A DNA stretch of 64,000 bases from contig CAVHYF010000006.1 in assembly GCA_963640265.1 (NCBI GenBank), positions 4,737-68,736 of the forward strand. Direction: 5' to 3'. Every line of letters starts with the position of its first letter. The stretch's first letter is position 1. Under the pieces are notes generated by a model. It saw only the letters and a list, made by a program, of their open reading frames with translations, did no database searches and had not been told where the DNA came from. Below are positions 19,217 to 28,858 of this stretch, one piece after another. Origin of the DNA: a bacterium. GTDB lineage: Bacteria > Bacteroidota > Bacteroidia > Bacteroidales > UBA932. Made by a program: the position numbers and the translations under genes.

Positions 19217-20119
19217 TTACGAGCCCTGCTCTTCGGTTTGTTTCATTAATTTCTTTCTGTCCCTCTCGAAGTCCTTTTCCTTGGCCCCGAGATCCTCTTC
19301 CGAGCCGGAGTAACGGCCGAGAGCCTTCTGGGCGCGCCTGTACAGCACGTCGAGCTCCCTCCTGTACTGAGAGTCCGGAAGCTCGCCGATGAAGTTGTAG
19401 TAGTCATCGACAAAAGTGAGGTAACGCTCCTTCTGCTTGCTCTCGACGCTCATGAATGCATATTTGTAGGAAGACTTGGCGATGTAGTAGAGGATGTCCT
19501 CGCGGTAGATGTTTTCCGCATCGTCCTTGAGGATGTTCCTGAACGCCACTCTGGAAGCCTTGTAGTCCTCCATCCTGTAGTAGAGTCTGGCGTTCTCGTA
19601 GGCCTTTCTGTCAAGACGGTCGTTCAGTTCCTTGAGCATCCTGTAGCAGATGGCCGAATGGGTGGACTTCGGATTCTCTATCAGATACTGGTTGATTGCG
19701 GAAATCGCGTTGTGGGTCGGAGTCTGGTCAAGTTCGTAGCGCAGAGTAGAGCGGTAAAGGCAGTCGATGCGCAGGAACGAAGCCTCGTCGGTGAACGGAC
19801 TGCGCGGGAAGTTCGTTATGAACTTCGTGAAATTGGTCTCCGCCGTGTAGTAGTCCCTGTAGCGGTAGTTGCTCAGGCCCCAGTAGTACTGCACTGTGTC
19901 ATCCCTCTCGGTGCCGCTTGTCAGCACGGAAAGTGATTCGAAGAGCTGCGCGGCTCTGCTGTACTTTCCGTGGTTGAAAAAGTCGAATGCGGCCGAATAT
20001 TTGGCATCCACATCATTGCCGTTGAGGAGCGCTTCATATTCAGACTTGCAGGACTGGAGCATAAGCGCCGCGGCGGCAAGCACCGCGAATAATCTGATGG
20101 TGTATTTCATCATGTTCAA
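19217..20119 (-). CDS. bamD: Outer membrane assembly lipoprotein BamD
   Basis: Lipobox LQSC, TPR repeats, LDQTPT, directly upstream of rpoZ. Confidence 0.88.
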   Translation of the reverse strand: MNMMKYTIRLFAVLAAAALMLQSCKSEYEALLNGNDVDAKYSAAFDFFNHGKYSRAAQLFESLSVLTSGTERDDTVQYYWGLSNYRYRDYYTAETNFTKFITNFPRSPFTDEASFLRIDCLYRSTLRYELDQTPTHNAISAINQYLIENPKSTHSAICYRMLKELNDRLDRKAYENARLYYRMEDYKASRVAFRNILKDDAENIYREDILYYIAKSSYKYAFMSVESKQKERYLTFVDDYYNFIGELPDSQYRRELDVLYRRAQKALGRYSGSEEDLGAKEKDFERDRKKLMKQTEEQGS

Positions 20120-20126
20120 ATTGTTG

Positions 20127-21050
20127 TCAATGCGTCAAAAGGAACTTTTCCACATCAAGGGCGGCCCTGCATCCGGAAGCGGCGGCGGTAATCGCCTGCC
20201 TGTAAGCCGGATCCTGGACATCGCCGGCCGCGAACACTCCCTCGACGCTGGTCGCGGAAGTCTTGCCGGAAGTGACTATGTAGCCGTTGTCGTCCGTCTC
20301 GATGAAATCCTTGAACACGTCCGAATTCGGATGATGGCCTATGGCGAGGAAAAATCCGTCCACGGCAATATCAAAAACCTTACCATCCTTGCGAAGAATC
20401 CTCGCTCCGTTCACTCCGGAATTGTCGCCGAGCACTTCCTGCGTGGAGCAGTTCCAGAGAATCTCGATGTTCGGAGCGGATTTCACCCTTTCCTGCATTG
20501 CAAGAGAAGCTCTGAGCACATCACGGCGGACAATCATATAGACCTTGTTGCAGATGCCGGCCAGATAGGAGGCTTCTTCGCAGGCCGTGTCTCCGCCGCC
20601 GACCACGGCAACATCCTTTTTCCTGTAGAAGAAACCGTCGCAGGTGGCGCAGGCGCTCACGCCGATTCCTCTGAACTTGCGCTCGGAAGGCAGGCCGAGA
20701 TACTTCGCCGAGGCTCCCGTCGCGATTATCACAGCCTCCGCTTCGACCTGCGTTTCAGAATCGACGGTCAGGCGGAAAGGTCTTGACGAGAAATCCACGG
20801 CAGTCACCGTACCTCTTCTGATGTCCGCACCGAAGCGGGAAGCCTGGGCGCGCATTCCGTCCATCAGCTGATTGGCGTCGATTCCTTCGGGAAAGCCCGG
20901 GAAATTCTCGACTATGGTTGTGGTCGTGAGCTGGCCGCCCGGCTCCATCCCTTCATAAAGTACCGGAGAAAGGCCCGCCCGTGAAGCGTAGATGGCGGAA
21001 GTGTAGCCCGCAGGGCCGCCGCCTATGACAAGGCATCTGATGTGTTCCAT
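20127..21050 (-). CDS. trxB: Thioredoxin reductase (start re-called at MEHIRC)
   Basis: GGGPAG, GGQL, CATCDG, GGGDTA, FAAGDV. Confidence 0.96.
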   Translation of the reverse strand: MEHIRCLVIGGGPAGYTSAIYASRAGLSPVLYEGMEPGGQLTTTTIVENFPGFPEGIDANQLMDGMRAQASRFGADIRRGTVTAVDFSSRPFRLTVDSETQVEAEAVIIATGASAKYLGLPSERKFRGIGVSACATCDGFFYRKKDVAVVGGGDTACEEASYLAGICNKVYMIVRRDVLRASLAMQERVKSAPNIEILWNCSTQEVLGDNSGVNGARILRKDGKVFDIAVDGFFLAIGHHPNSDVFKDFIETDDNGYIVTSGKTSATSVEGVFAAGDVQDPAYRQAITAAASGCRAALDVEKFLLTH

Positions 21051-21072
21051 ACAAAAAATAATTACCAAACGG

Positions 21073-21149
21073 CAAATGTACATAAAAACTTACGTTTTCT
21101 GAAACTCTCGGGCCTATGGTCCGGGATTTCGGGAATTTTTATAAATTTG
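21073..21149. promoter_or_regulatory. Divergent promoters for trxB (-) and the Fur-like gene (+)
   Basis: TACATTTG on - at 21073-21080; TAAATTTG on + at 21142-21149. Confidence 0.6.
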
Positions 21150-21175
21150 CAGATGACAACGAATTCTAGCTGAAT

Positions 21176-21655
21176 ATGGAAAAAAACAACCAAGTCCTGA
21201 CTGTCGATGACTTCCGCAACTGCCTTAAGAAATACGGTCTGAAAGTCACGCCGCAGAGGCTTGCCGTGCACGAAGCGATGCTGAAACTGGTGCACGCCTG
21301 CGCGGATATGGTTACGGAAGAAGTCAAGGCTTCCGGCAATGCCAAGGTGACTGTCGCGTCCGTTTACAACATTCTGACCCAACTGACCCTTCTTGGAATC
21401 TACAGCCACAGGATGAGCGCCAACAACAAGATGTACTTCGACGTGAACCCCTCCAGGCACATCCACCTGTACGACACGGTGAACCACCGGTTTACCGACG
21501 TGGTTGACGACGAACTCTGCAAGTACGCCGAGGAGAAGCTCCTGTCCCGCCGGTTCAGAGGATTCAAGCTCGACGGGGTTGATATCCTGATTCTCGCCCA
21601 CCCTTCAACCAGAAAGACCGCCGGGCGGAAGAAAGCCGATTCCGGGAAACAATAG
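21176..21655 (+). CDS. Fur/PerR family transcriptional regulator
   Basis: GLKVTPQRLAV, ASVYNIL helix, FDVN..HIH; no CxxC pair. Confidence 0.88.
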   Translation: MEKNNQVLTVDDFRNCLKKYGLKVTPQRLAVHEAMLKLVHACADMVTEEVKASGNAKVTVASVYNILTQLTLLGIYSHRMSANNKMYFDVNPSRHIHLYDTVNHRFTDVVDDELCKYAEEKLLSRRFRGFKLDGVDILILAHPSTRKTAGRKKADSGKQ

Positions 21656-21705
21656 AGATTGTCCGCAAGCAAGGATTGTCGGTCCGCAATAATTATCCGT
21701 ATGCA

Positions 21706-21730
21706 AGAATATTCAAATATTGAATATTCT
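21706..21730. promoter_or_regulatory. Perfect 11-3-11 palindrome, candidate operator upstream of glnA
   Basis: AGAATATTCAA-ATA-TTGAATATTCT. Confidence 0.6.
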
Positions 21731-21835
21731 GAAAAAACTTTTGTAAATTAGCCGACCCGAAGGGAAGAGCCTGACGCTTGGTTTCCGGACCAGGCCGGCT
21801 TCCCGCACATAACAATAACATCAAAACACGGAATA

Positions 21836-23347
21836 ATGACAGACAAAAGTTTGATGCTGAATCCGAATCAGCTCGTATCTTACCTTCACAAGAGGCCGGA
21901 GGACTTCACCGGAGCCGACATCGTCGCATTCATTGAAAACAACGGAATCCGGATGGTGAACTTCATGTACCCGGCAGAAGACGGCAGGGTCAAGACCTTG
22001 AATTTCATCATCAACAACCTCGAATATCTTGAAACAATCCTCAGCCAGGGCGAAAGGGTCGACGGCTCCAGCCTGTTTCCTTCGTTCGTGGAACCGGGCA
22101 GCAGCGACCTCTATGTGGTTCCGCGCTTCCGCACGGCCTTCGTTGACCCGTTCGCCGGAATTCCTACCCTCTCGATGCTCTGCAGTTTCTTCGACAAGGA
22201 CGGCAGGCCGTTCGAATGCGACCCTTACCGCACGGTGCAGAAGGCCGCGGAAGCCTTCCGCCAAAGCACCGGGATGACATTCGAAGCGATGGGCGAACTC
22301 GAGTACTACGTCATCGCAGCCGAGGAGGAACTCTTCCCGGGCATCGACCAGAGAGGCTACCACGAGTCTTCGCCTTTCGCGAAGCTCAACGAATTCAGGG
22401 CCAAGTGTATGGAATATGTCGCCAGGACTGGAGGCATCATAAAGTACGGCCACAGCGAAGTCGGAAACTTCACAAGGGACGGCAAGACCTACGAGCAGAA
22501 CGAGATAGAGTTCCTGCCTTGCCCTATCGAGACTGCGGCCGACCAGATCCTGCTGGCGAAATGGGTCATCCGCAACCTCGGAGCCCAGAACGGTCTCGAC
22601 GTGACCTTCGCCCCGAAGATCATCGTCGGAGAGGCCGGCTCGGGAATGCACATCCATATGAGGATGCTCAAGGACGGGCGCAACCAGATGATAAAGGACG
22701 GGAAACTGTCCGACATAGCCCTGCGGGCCATAGCGGGAATGATGGAACTCGCTCCGGCCATCACGGCCTTCGGCAACAAGAACCCTACTTCCTATTTCCG
22801 TCTTGTCCCTCACCAGGAAGCGCCTACAAACATCTGCTGGGGTGACTGCAACCGTTCTGCTCTCGTGAGAGTTCCTCTGGGATGGACCAGCGGACTGGAT
22901 ATGTGCGCGGAAGCCAACCCACTCGAAGCCGGGAAAACCATCGATGCGACCGGCAAGCAGACCGTCGAGATGCGTTCTCCGGACAGTTCCGCCGACATCT
23001 ACCAGCTGATGGCCGGGCTGTGCGTCGCCTGCAGATACGGTCTGGAGATGGACGAGGCCGCGGCAATCGCCGAAGCCAAGGAGAAATATGTCGGGATGGA
23101 CATCCACAAGGGCGGAGAGGAGGCTCTCGCCGGGCTGGCCGCCCTGCCTGCCTGCTGCGAAGAATCCGCCGACTGCCTGGAAGCCGCCAGAGGCATATTC
23201 GAAAAGAACGACGTCTTCCCGAAGCGTATGGTGGACGGCATCATAAAAGTCCTGAAGTCCTTCCGCGACCGCGGCCTTCTCGCAGATGCCCTGGCCGACA
23301 CAGCAAAGGTCAAGGAGCTTGTTGACAGATACTTCTACTGCGGATAA
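21836..23347 (+). CDS. glnA: Glutamine synthetase (GSI-like, Bacteroidales type)
   Basis: DGSS, ELEYY, HSEVG, QNEIEF, TFAPK, GSGMHIH, SYFRLVPHQEAP, NRSALVRVP, EMRSPD. Confidence 0.93.
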   Translation: MTDKSLMLNPNQLVSYLHKRPEDFTGADIVAFIENNGIRMVNFMYPAEDGRVKTLNFIINNLEYLETILSQGERVDGSSLFPSFVEPGSSDLYVVPRFRTAFVDPFAGIPTLSMLCSFFDKDGRPFECDPYRTVQKAAEAFRQSTGMTFEAMGELEYYVIAAEEELFPGIDQRGYHESSPFAKLNEFRAKCMEYVARTGGIIKYGHSEVGNFTRDGKTYEQNEIEFLPCPIETAADQILLAKWVIRNLGAQNGLDVTFAPKIIVGEAGSGMHIHMRMLKDGRNQMIKDGKLSDIALRAIAGMMELAPAITAFGNKNPTSYFRLVPHQEAPTNICWGDCNRSALVRVPLGWTSGLDMCAEANPLEAGKTIDATGKQTVEMRSPDSSADIYQLMAGLCVACRYGLEMDEAAAIAEAKEKYVGMDIHKGGEEALAGLAALPACCEESADCLEAARGIFEKNDVFPKRMVDGIIKVLKSFRDRGLLADALADTAKVKELVDRYFYCG

Positions 23348-23387
23348 TTTTACTATCTTTGCAGGATCATCGACCAATCTAAACGGA

Positions 23388-26300
23388 ATGAACTGCAAAA
23401 TAATCAGAACGGCTATCGCCGGCATACTGTTTCTGTCCTTTTCAGGTCAGGCAGCGGTATGTCTCGCAGCGGATGCAGAATCCCCGGACAGAGACAACGC
23501 GCAGTGGGTCAACCCGACAATCGGCACCAATTTGAGCAATGCCCCGACGCTCTGGGGGGACTACGGAGGAACTTATCCCGGAGCGGTGTCACCGTGGGGA
23601 CTGATGCAGCTGTCCCCTGAGACAAGCGCAAGACCGACACAGGCCGGCTATTACTACAGCGATGACTCCATCCTGTGTTTCTCCTGCCTTGGACACACCA
23701 GCGGCTATCCGAACGGATCGGCTGGCTCCGTAAAGATCGTTTTCAGCCGCGGGAGCGTCAACAGCCTGCCAAAGGAATATGCCGGCCGGAAATTCTCCCA
23801 CGCAGACGAACACGCCGAAGCCGGCTATTACAAAGTCCGGTTCAATGACGGAGATGCGGCCGAAATGACAGCCGCACACCATTCCGGACTGCTGCGCTAC
23901 ACCACGGCAAGCGACTCCAGCACTGTCATACTGTTCAACGCCGGACATATCGAGATAAAGGACGGACGTGCGCTGTGCGATTTAATGCACGTCACGATGT
24001 CCTTCTCCGAACCTTTGACCGACTATGACATCCACGGAGACACCCTGTTCGCGCATTTCAGAAGCACCGAGCCGCTGCAGATAGCGGTGACAGCTTCGGC
24101 ACGAGGTTTCAGGCAGAGTCTGGAAAACGGCAGGAGACAGCTGCACAACGGAGATTTCGCGGCCGTGCGCAATGCCGTACACAATGCCTGGCAGAAAGAA
24201 CTGTCCTGCGTGGACCTCTACGGCGCTTCGGACGATGTCAACACAATCTTCTACACTGCGCTCTACCACGCTATGCTCATCCCGACCGATATGGCCGACG
24301 ATGGAGAAAAGCCGCTCTACACCACATTCTCTTTCTGGGACACATTCCGTACCCTGCACCCTCTGCTCTGCCTGATCAAACCGGAGCTGCAGAAGGACAT
24401 CATCGACTGTGCGATGGATGTATGCGAGCGGACCGGGAAACTGCCGAAAGGGCCGATGTCGGGCATCCACTCGATTCCGGTGATGCTCGACTCGTACGTA
24501 AAGGGCGCTTCCCGCTGCGATGTGCAGACTGTTTACGAAGCCTGCCGCAGAACCTACGAAGCAGAAAGCACCCGAAAGGAGATGCAGCAGTACCTGACAC
24601 AGGGCTTTGTCGATGCACACGAAGACGCTTCGGTGAGCAAAACTGAAGAACTCGCCTACGATGACTGGGCAATGATGATGGTCTGCAGACTTGCAGGACA
24701 CGAAGAAGAAGCCTCCGTCCATTCTAAAAGGGCCCTTAACTATGCCAACCACTGGGATGACAGCACTATGCTTATGCTGCCCCGTCTCGGTCAGCGGCTT
24801 CTGCACGGAAGCGGTGAACTTGGATTCCAGGAAAGTACCCGATACACGGCCTCGCTGTTCGCGCCTCACAACAACATTCACTTGGTGAATCTCCGCGGCG
24901 GTTCGGATGCTTATGCCTTGCGGCTGGACAAGGAGTTCGATGACGGGCTGATCGCTTTCGACAACGAAACTGTGCTGAACTACCCTCACCTCTTCTTCTG
25001 GGCCCGCCGTCCGGATCTGGCCGACAAGCAGGTGCGCAGAATCATCGAAAAGAACTATGCCAATGATCCGGGCGGAATACCGGGCAATGACGATCTCGGT
25101 TCAATGTCAAGCTGGCTTGCCTTCGCCGTGATGGGACTGATGCCGGCCTGTCCCGGTACGGACGAGTACCTTGTGCTGCCACCGCTCGCCGAAAAAGTCG
25201 TTATCCACCTGCCTGACTCGAAAGATTGGAGCATAACCGGCGGCGGAGAATCCGAGCTGGCGGCTCTCCCGCAACCTGTCCTCAACGGGAAGCCGCTGCA
25301 GAGGTATCACATCACCCACGGTGAGCTGACAGAGGGAGGCACGCTGCACTTTGACAGCACGAAGGCTTTCGATGTCAGGAATATGCCGTTGCCGTACTCA
25401 TTCATCAGCGACTCCTCATTGTTTGAAATCACGACGACAGCGAAGGCGATGCCAAAAGTGAAACCCGACCAGGACTGCTTACTGCCGATCCGCGTCACCA
25501 ACCGCGGAACTGACGGCGTGTGCATCGCAACGCTGGTGTGCGACGGCAAGGCAGTGGCAAGCAAAAACATCCGAGTCCGGACAGGGGCCTGCGTCACCGA
25601 CACCATACGTTACCGACTGTATGCGGAAGGCAGCCACGTGCTGAGCATCGGCGACACCTGGAAACAGAAAGTCAGGGTTGTCAGGGCGGATGCCGGCGCT
25701 CCGTCCGTGGAGTGCAGCAGCATAAGTCTGAAGCCGGTGGTCAGACAAGGAGAAAGCGGAACTGTCTCATTCACATTGAAGAACATCAGCGGCCGGGATT
25801 TCAGCGGGAAGGTGAACGTGTTCTTTGACGGGAAGCATAGCGATGATGCGGATGTCCGTCTTGCTCCCGGCGAGTCCACCTGCTGCCAGACGCAGTTCCC
25901 TGCACTGGAAGCAGGGATGCACCGCATTCAGGTTGCAGGAAGGGAAGCCCGGTTCAAGGTCTTCAATGATGCCGTTGAGTCCACCGTACTCGACATCGAC
26001 TACTCGGGGAGGAGTGCAGCTGACCGCTCGGGATTCGGCAATGACGGCACCGGACACGGACCGCTGAAGTGGAGCGAAGACTGTGTCACCACAGGCCTCG
26101 ATGCCTATGTTGAGTTCCCGAAGTCTGCGAGCCTGATGTATGGCTATGATGAATTCACCATACTCACCTGGATTCTTCCCCGGAAGTTCAGCAACGGGCA
26201 TGTGGACTTCTTCTCCAAAGGCGACTACACCGTTCTGAAGATGCAGGGGGGCAACAACATGTCATTCTTCGCAAGGGGTTGGGGCAGAGGAGAATGCATC

Positions 26301-26582
26301 ATTTCCCTACCAGAGAACTGGTTCGATGGATGGCATCTTGTGGCAGGTGTATGCCGGCAGGGAGAGATAAGGCTCTACGTTGACGGCAGACTGATGCACG
26401 TTATGGCGGTCAAGGGAGAGACCGGCCCGACGGAACTGCCGTGGAACATAGGCCGGAACGCCGAAATGCCTTACAACCGCTGTGGCAACAACAGTTTCCG
26501 CGGCACGCGCATTTACGGCTCGGCTCTTGACGATGCGCAGGTCAGAAAGATCTTCGAAGAAGAATCCGGCAGGACCGATTAA
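23388..26582 (+). CDS. GH92 alpha-mannosidase-like protein with Ig/CARDB-like repeats and C-terminal LamG-like domain (start re-called at MNCKII)
   Basis: TYPGAVSPWG, FYTALYH, WDTFRTLHPL, AYDDW, PGNDDLGSMSSW; WHLVAGV, LYVDG, IGRN at the C-terminus; promoter TATCTTTG at 23354-23361. Confidence 0.88.
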   Translation: MNCKIIRTAIAGILFLSFSGQAAVCLAADAESPDRDNAQWVNPTIGTNLSNAPTLWGDYGGTYPGAVSPWGLMQLSPETSARPTQAGYYYSDDSILCFSCLGHTSGYPNGSAGSVKIVFSRGSVNSLPKEYAGRKFSHADEHAEAGYYKVRFNDGDAAEMTAAHHSGLLRYTTASDSSTVILFNAGHIEIKDGRALCDLMHVTMSFSEPLTDYDIHGDTLFAHFRSTEPLQIAVTASARGFRQSLENGRRQLHNGDFAAVRNAVHNAWQKELSCVDLYGASDDVNTIFYTALYHAMLIPTDMADDGEKPLYTTFSFWDTFRTLHPLLCLIKPELQKDIIDCAMDVCERTGKLPKGPMSGIHSIPVMLDSYVKGASRCDVQTVYEACRRTYEAESTRKEMQQYLTQGFVDAHEDASVSKTEELAYDDWAMMMVCRLAGHEEEASVHSKRALNYANHWDDSTMLMLPRLGQRLLHGSGELGFQESTRYTASLFAPHNNIHLVNLRGGSDAYALRLDKEFDDGLIAFDNETVLNYPHLFFWARRPDLADKQVRRIIEKNYANDPGGIPGNDDLGSMSSWLAFAVMGLMPACPGTDEYLVLPPLAEKVVIHLPDSKDWSITGGGESELAALPQPVLNGKPLQRYHITHGELTEGGTLHFDSTKAFDVRNMPLPYSFISDSSLFEITTTAKAMPKVKPDQDCLLPIRVTNRGTDGVCIATLVCDGKAVASKNIRVRTGACVTDTIRYRLYAEGSHVLSIGDTWKQKVRVVRADAGAPSVECSSISLKPVVRQGESGTVSFTLKNISGRDFSGKVNVFFDGKHSDDADVRLAPGESTCCQTQFPALEAGMHRIQVAGREARFKVFNDAVESTVLDIDYSGRSAADRSGFGNDGTGHGPLKWSEDCVTTGLDAYVEFPKSASLMYGYDEFTILTWILPRKFSNGHVDFFSKGDYTVLKMQGGNNMSFFARGWGRGECIISLPENWFDGWHLVAGVCRQGEIRLYVDGRLMHVMAVKGETGPTELPWNIGRNAEMPYNRCGNNSFRGTRIYGSALDDAQVRKIFEEESGRTD

Positions 26583-27535
26583 TCTTCTTCCCGGACATCC
26601 GCCCGGTCAAAGGCCTTGACAATCTTGGAGACCAGAGGGTGACGGACAATGTCCTCGTTGGAGAAGAATATGGTGCTGACGCCCTTGATGTCCTTCAGAA
26701 GGCCGATGCCTTTCAGAAGGCCGGAATCCTCTCGCTTCGGGAGGTCCACCTGCGTCGCGTCTCCTGTCACTATGAATTTGGCATTGCTTCCCATTCTTGT
26801 CAGGAACATCTTCAACTGAGAGAGATTGGTGTTCTGGGCTTCGTCAAGTATGACACAGGCCTTGTCCAGAGTGCGGCCGCGCATATAGGCCAGAGGCGCG
26901 ATCTGAATCGTGCCGTCCTCGATGAATTCCTGCAGCCTCTTCGGCGGGACCATATCCCCGAGCGCATCGTAAAGGGGCTGGAGGTACGGATCCAGTTTGT
27001 CCTTCAGGTCTCCCGGCAGGAATCCGAGCCGTTCGCCGGCCTCGACAGCCGGCCTTGTCAGGATTATGCGCTTGATCTCACGGTTCTTCAGCGCTCTGAC
27101 AGCCAGAGCGATGGCTATGTAGGTCTTTCCGGTGCCGGCAGGACCGACGGCAAAGACAAGGTCGCTGTCAAAATAAGCCTTGACCATCTCCTGCTGGGTC
27201 TTGTTGCGGGCCTTTATCGGCTTGCCGTCAGTGCTGTGAACGATTATCGCCTCGCCGCCCGACGACCTGAGAATGCCGGAAGGATTCTGCCCTTCGAAGA
27301 TGTCCTCGACATCGAAGACCGTAAGGTTCATCTTGTGGAGCCTCCTTTCCTGAAGTTCGGCGAATTTCTGGCTGAATTCCTGGATGTCGGCGTCCTTGCC
27401 GTCAAGCCGGATTTCATTCCCTCGGGCCACCACTTTCAAGCCCGGAAAGTAAGAGCAGAACTCCTCGAGTATCCTGTTGCCGGCGCCGAAAATCTCCAGC
27501 GGAGACACCGCGTCAAGAATGATGGTTTTCTTCAT
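26579..27535 (-). CDS. phoH: PhoH family protein
   Basis: GPAGTGKT, RPAVEAGERLGFLPG, APLAYMRGRTL, LDEAQN, VRHPLV. Confidence 0.95.
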   Translation of the reverse strand: MKKTIILDAVSPLEIFGAGNRILEEFCSYFPGLKVVARGNEIRLDGKDADIQEFSQKFAELQERRLHKMNLTVFDVEDIFEGQNPSGILRSSGGEAIIVHSTDGKPIKARNKTQQEMVKAYFDSDLVFAVGPAGTGKTYIAIALAVRALKNREIKRIILTRPAVEAGERLGFLPGDLKDKLDPYLQPLYDALGDMVPPKRLQEFIEDGTIQIAPLAYMRGRTLDKACVILDEAQNTNLSQLKMFLTRMGSNAKFIVTGDATQVDLPKREDSGLLKGIGLLKDIKGVSTIFFSNEDIVRHPLVSKIVKAFDRADVREED

Positions 27536-27545
27536 TATGCTTCTT

Positions 27546-28721
27546 TCAATCTTTTATCCCTGTTTCTTCCTTGACACGCTCATAGGACGAAACCATCTTG
27601 TCGTAGTCAGACGGGTTCATCCACAGCGAGCGTCTGCCGACATATTCCTTGATGGGGATCGTCGCGTAACTACGGTGGAGGCGGCCGGGACGCGAACACC
27701 ACGTCAGGGTCAGCTGCGGCTCAAGCATAGTCTTGCCGCCGAACCTGTCCGTCGCGAACCTCAACGTCACGAACATCCCGACCTGGGTGTTGCCGGCACT
27801 CATATTCGAGACTATGTTGCCCATCGAATACACCACCGGAACATTCTTCACACCAATCCCGTCGCTCCGGCTCACTGTCAGGACTTCCGTGTCCTGAAGA
27901 ACGTGGGGATGGGCGCCCACGACGGCATCGCACCCTTTCTCGGCCAGCCACCTTGCCAGCCTGCCCTGTGAAGCGGAATGTCTGAGGACATATTCAACGC
28001 CCCAGTGCGGGACTGCGATGATGAAATCGACTCCGGAAGCTCTGGCTTCGGCTATCGCTGATGCTATCTCGGCGGTATCGGTCCTGTGGACCTTAGGATA
28101 ATCTCCGCCGATCGTGGCGTTGGTGCCGTAGGTGAAGTTCACGATCGCGATGCGGACGCCGCGGACGACGGTATGCAGCGGGAAGCGGAGGGAGTCGTCG
28201 GAAGCGGAGAGAGAGGCTCCCGTGTGCCGGATGCGTCCCTCCTTCTCCATCTTTGAATATATTCCCAGAGTTCTTTCTATGCCTGCCCTTCCCTTGTCGA
28301 GGATGTGGTTGTTGGCAGTAAGGAATATGTCCACTCCGCATCCGGCGAGATATTCTTCATAGCCGTCGGGAGAAGAAAAGCAAGGATAGCCCGAGTATGG
28401 CTCGCCGGCCAGGGTGAATTCCATATTCGCGACTGCGAGGTCGGCTTCTCCGATCATTCCTTCGACCGCCTCGAAGTAGGTGCTGAAATCGTAGCTTCCG
28501 TCGGGTCTTGACGCATTGACTATCTGTTCTTTGTGCATCATCACATCACCCATCAGCACAACTGAGACCGTGTCCGGTTCCAGATAAAGGGGCTTCGGGG
28601 AGGAATATTGCTCGAACATCCTTGCCCACCACCCCGGAGAATAATCGTCTTCAAGGTTCTGGGCCGCCACCGGCAGGGTGACCGCAAGGAGCAGGAGTCC
28701 GGATGTCAGGATTTTCCGCAT
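27546..28721 (-). CDS. CapA/PGA_cap family metallophosphatase-like protein (start re-called at MRKILT)
   Basis: GDVMMH, NME, TANNH, PHWG, GAHPH, YSMGN; signal peptide. Confidence 0.87.
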   Translation of the reverse strand: MRKILTSGLLLLAVTLPVAAQNLEDDYSPGWWARMFEQYSSPKPLYLEPDTVSVVLMGDVMMHKEQIVNASRPDGSYDFSTYFEAVEGMIGEADLAVANMEFTLAGEPYSGYPCFSSPDGYEEYLAGCGVDIFLTANNHILDKGRAGIERTLGIYSKMEKEGRIRHTGASLSASDDSLRFPLHTVVRGVRIAIVNFTYGTNATIGGDYPKVHRTDTAEIASAIAEARASGVDFIIAVPHWGVEYVLRHSASQGRLARWLAEKGCDAVVGAHPHVLQDTEVLTVSRSDGIGVKNVPVVYSMGNIVSNMSAGNTQVGMFVTLRFATDRFGGKTMLEPQLTLTWCSRPGRLHRSYATIPIKEYVGRRSLWMNPSDYDKMVSSYERVKEETGIKD

Positions 28722-28858
28722 ATTCGCAAATATAGCAATCGGACGGCAAATTCGCCACACTGAGGGCAAAAAACTTGAAACAAAAAAACTTGAGGCAAAA
28801 AACGCGGCCGTCTCTTGCACAAACGAAATTTATTCGTAACTTTGCAATCTCTGAACAC

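Noticed and set aside
21821..23425. 534-aa ORF antisense to glnA, and similar long antisense ORFs over gdhA, korA, bamA, DUF4837 and thrS
   Set aside because: Same codon-bias artefact; each mirrors a well-supported gene
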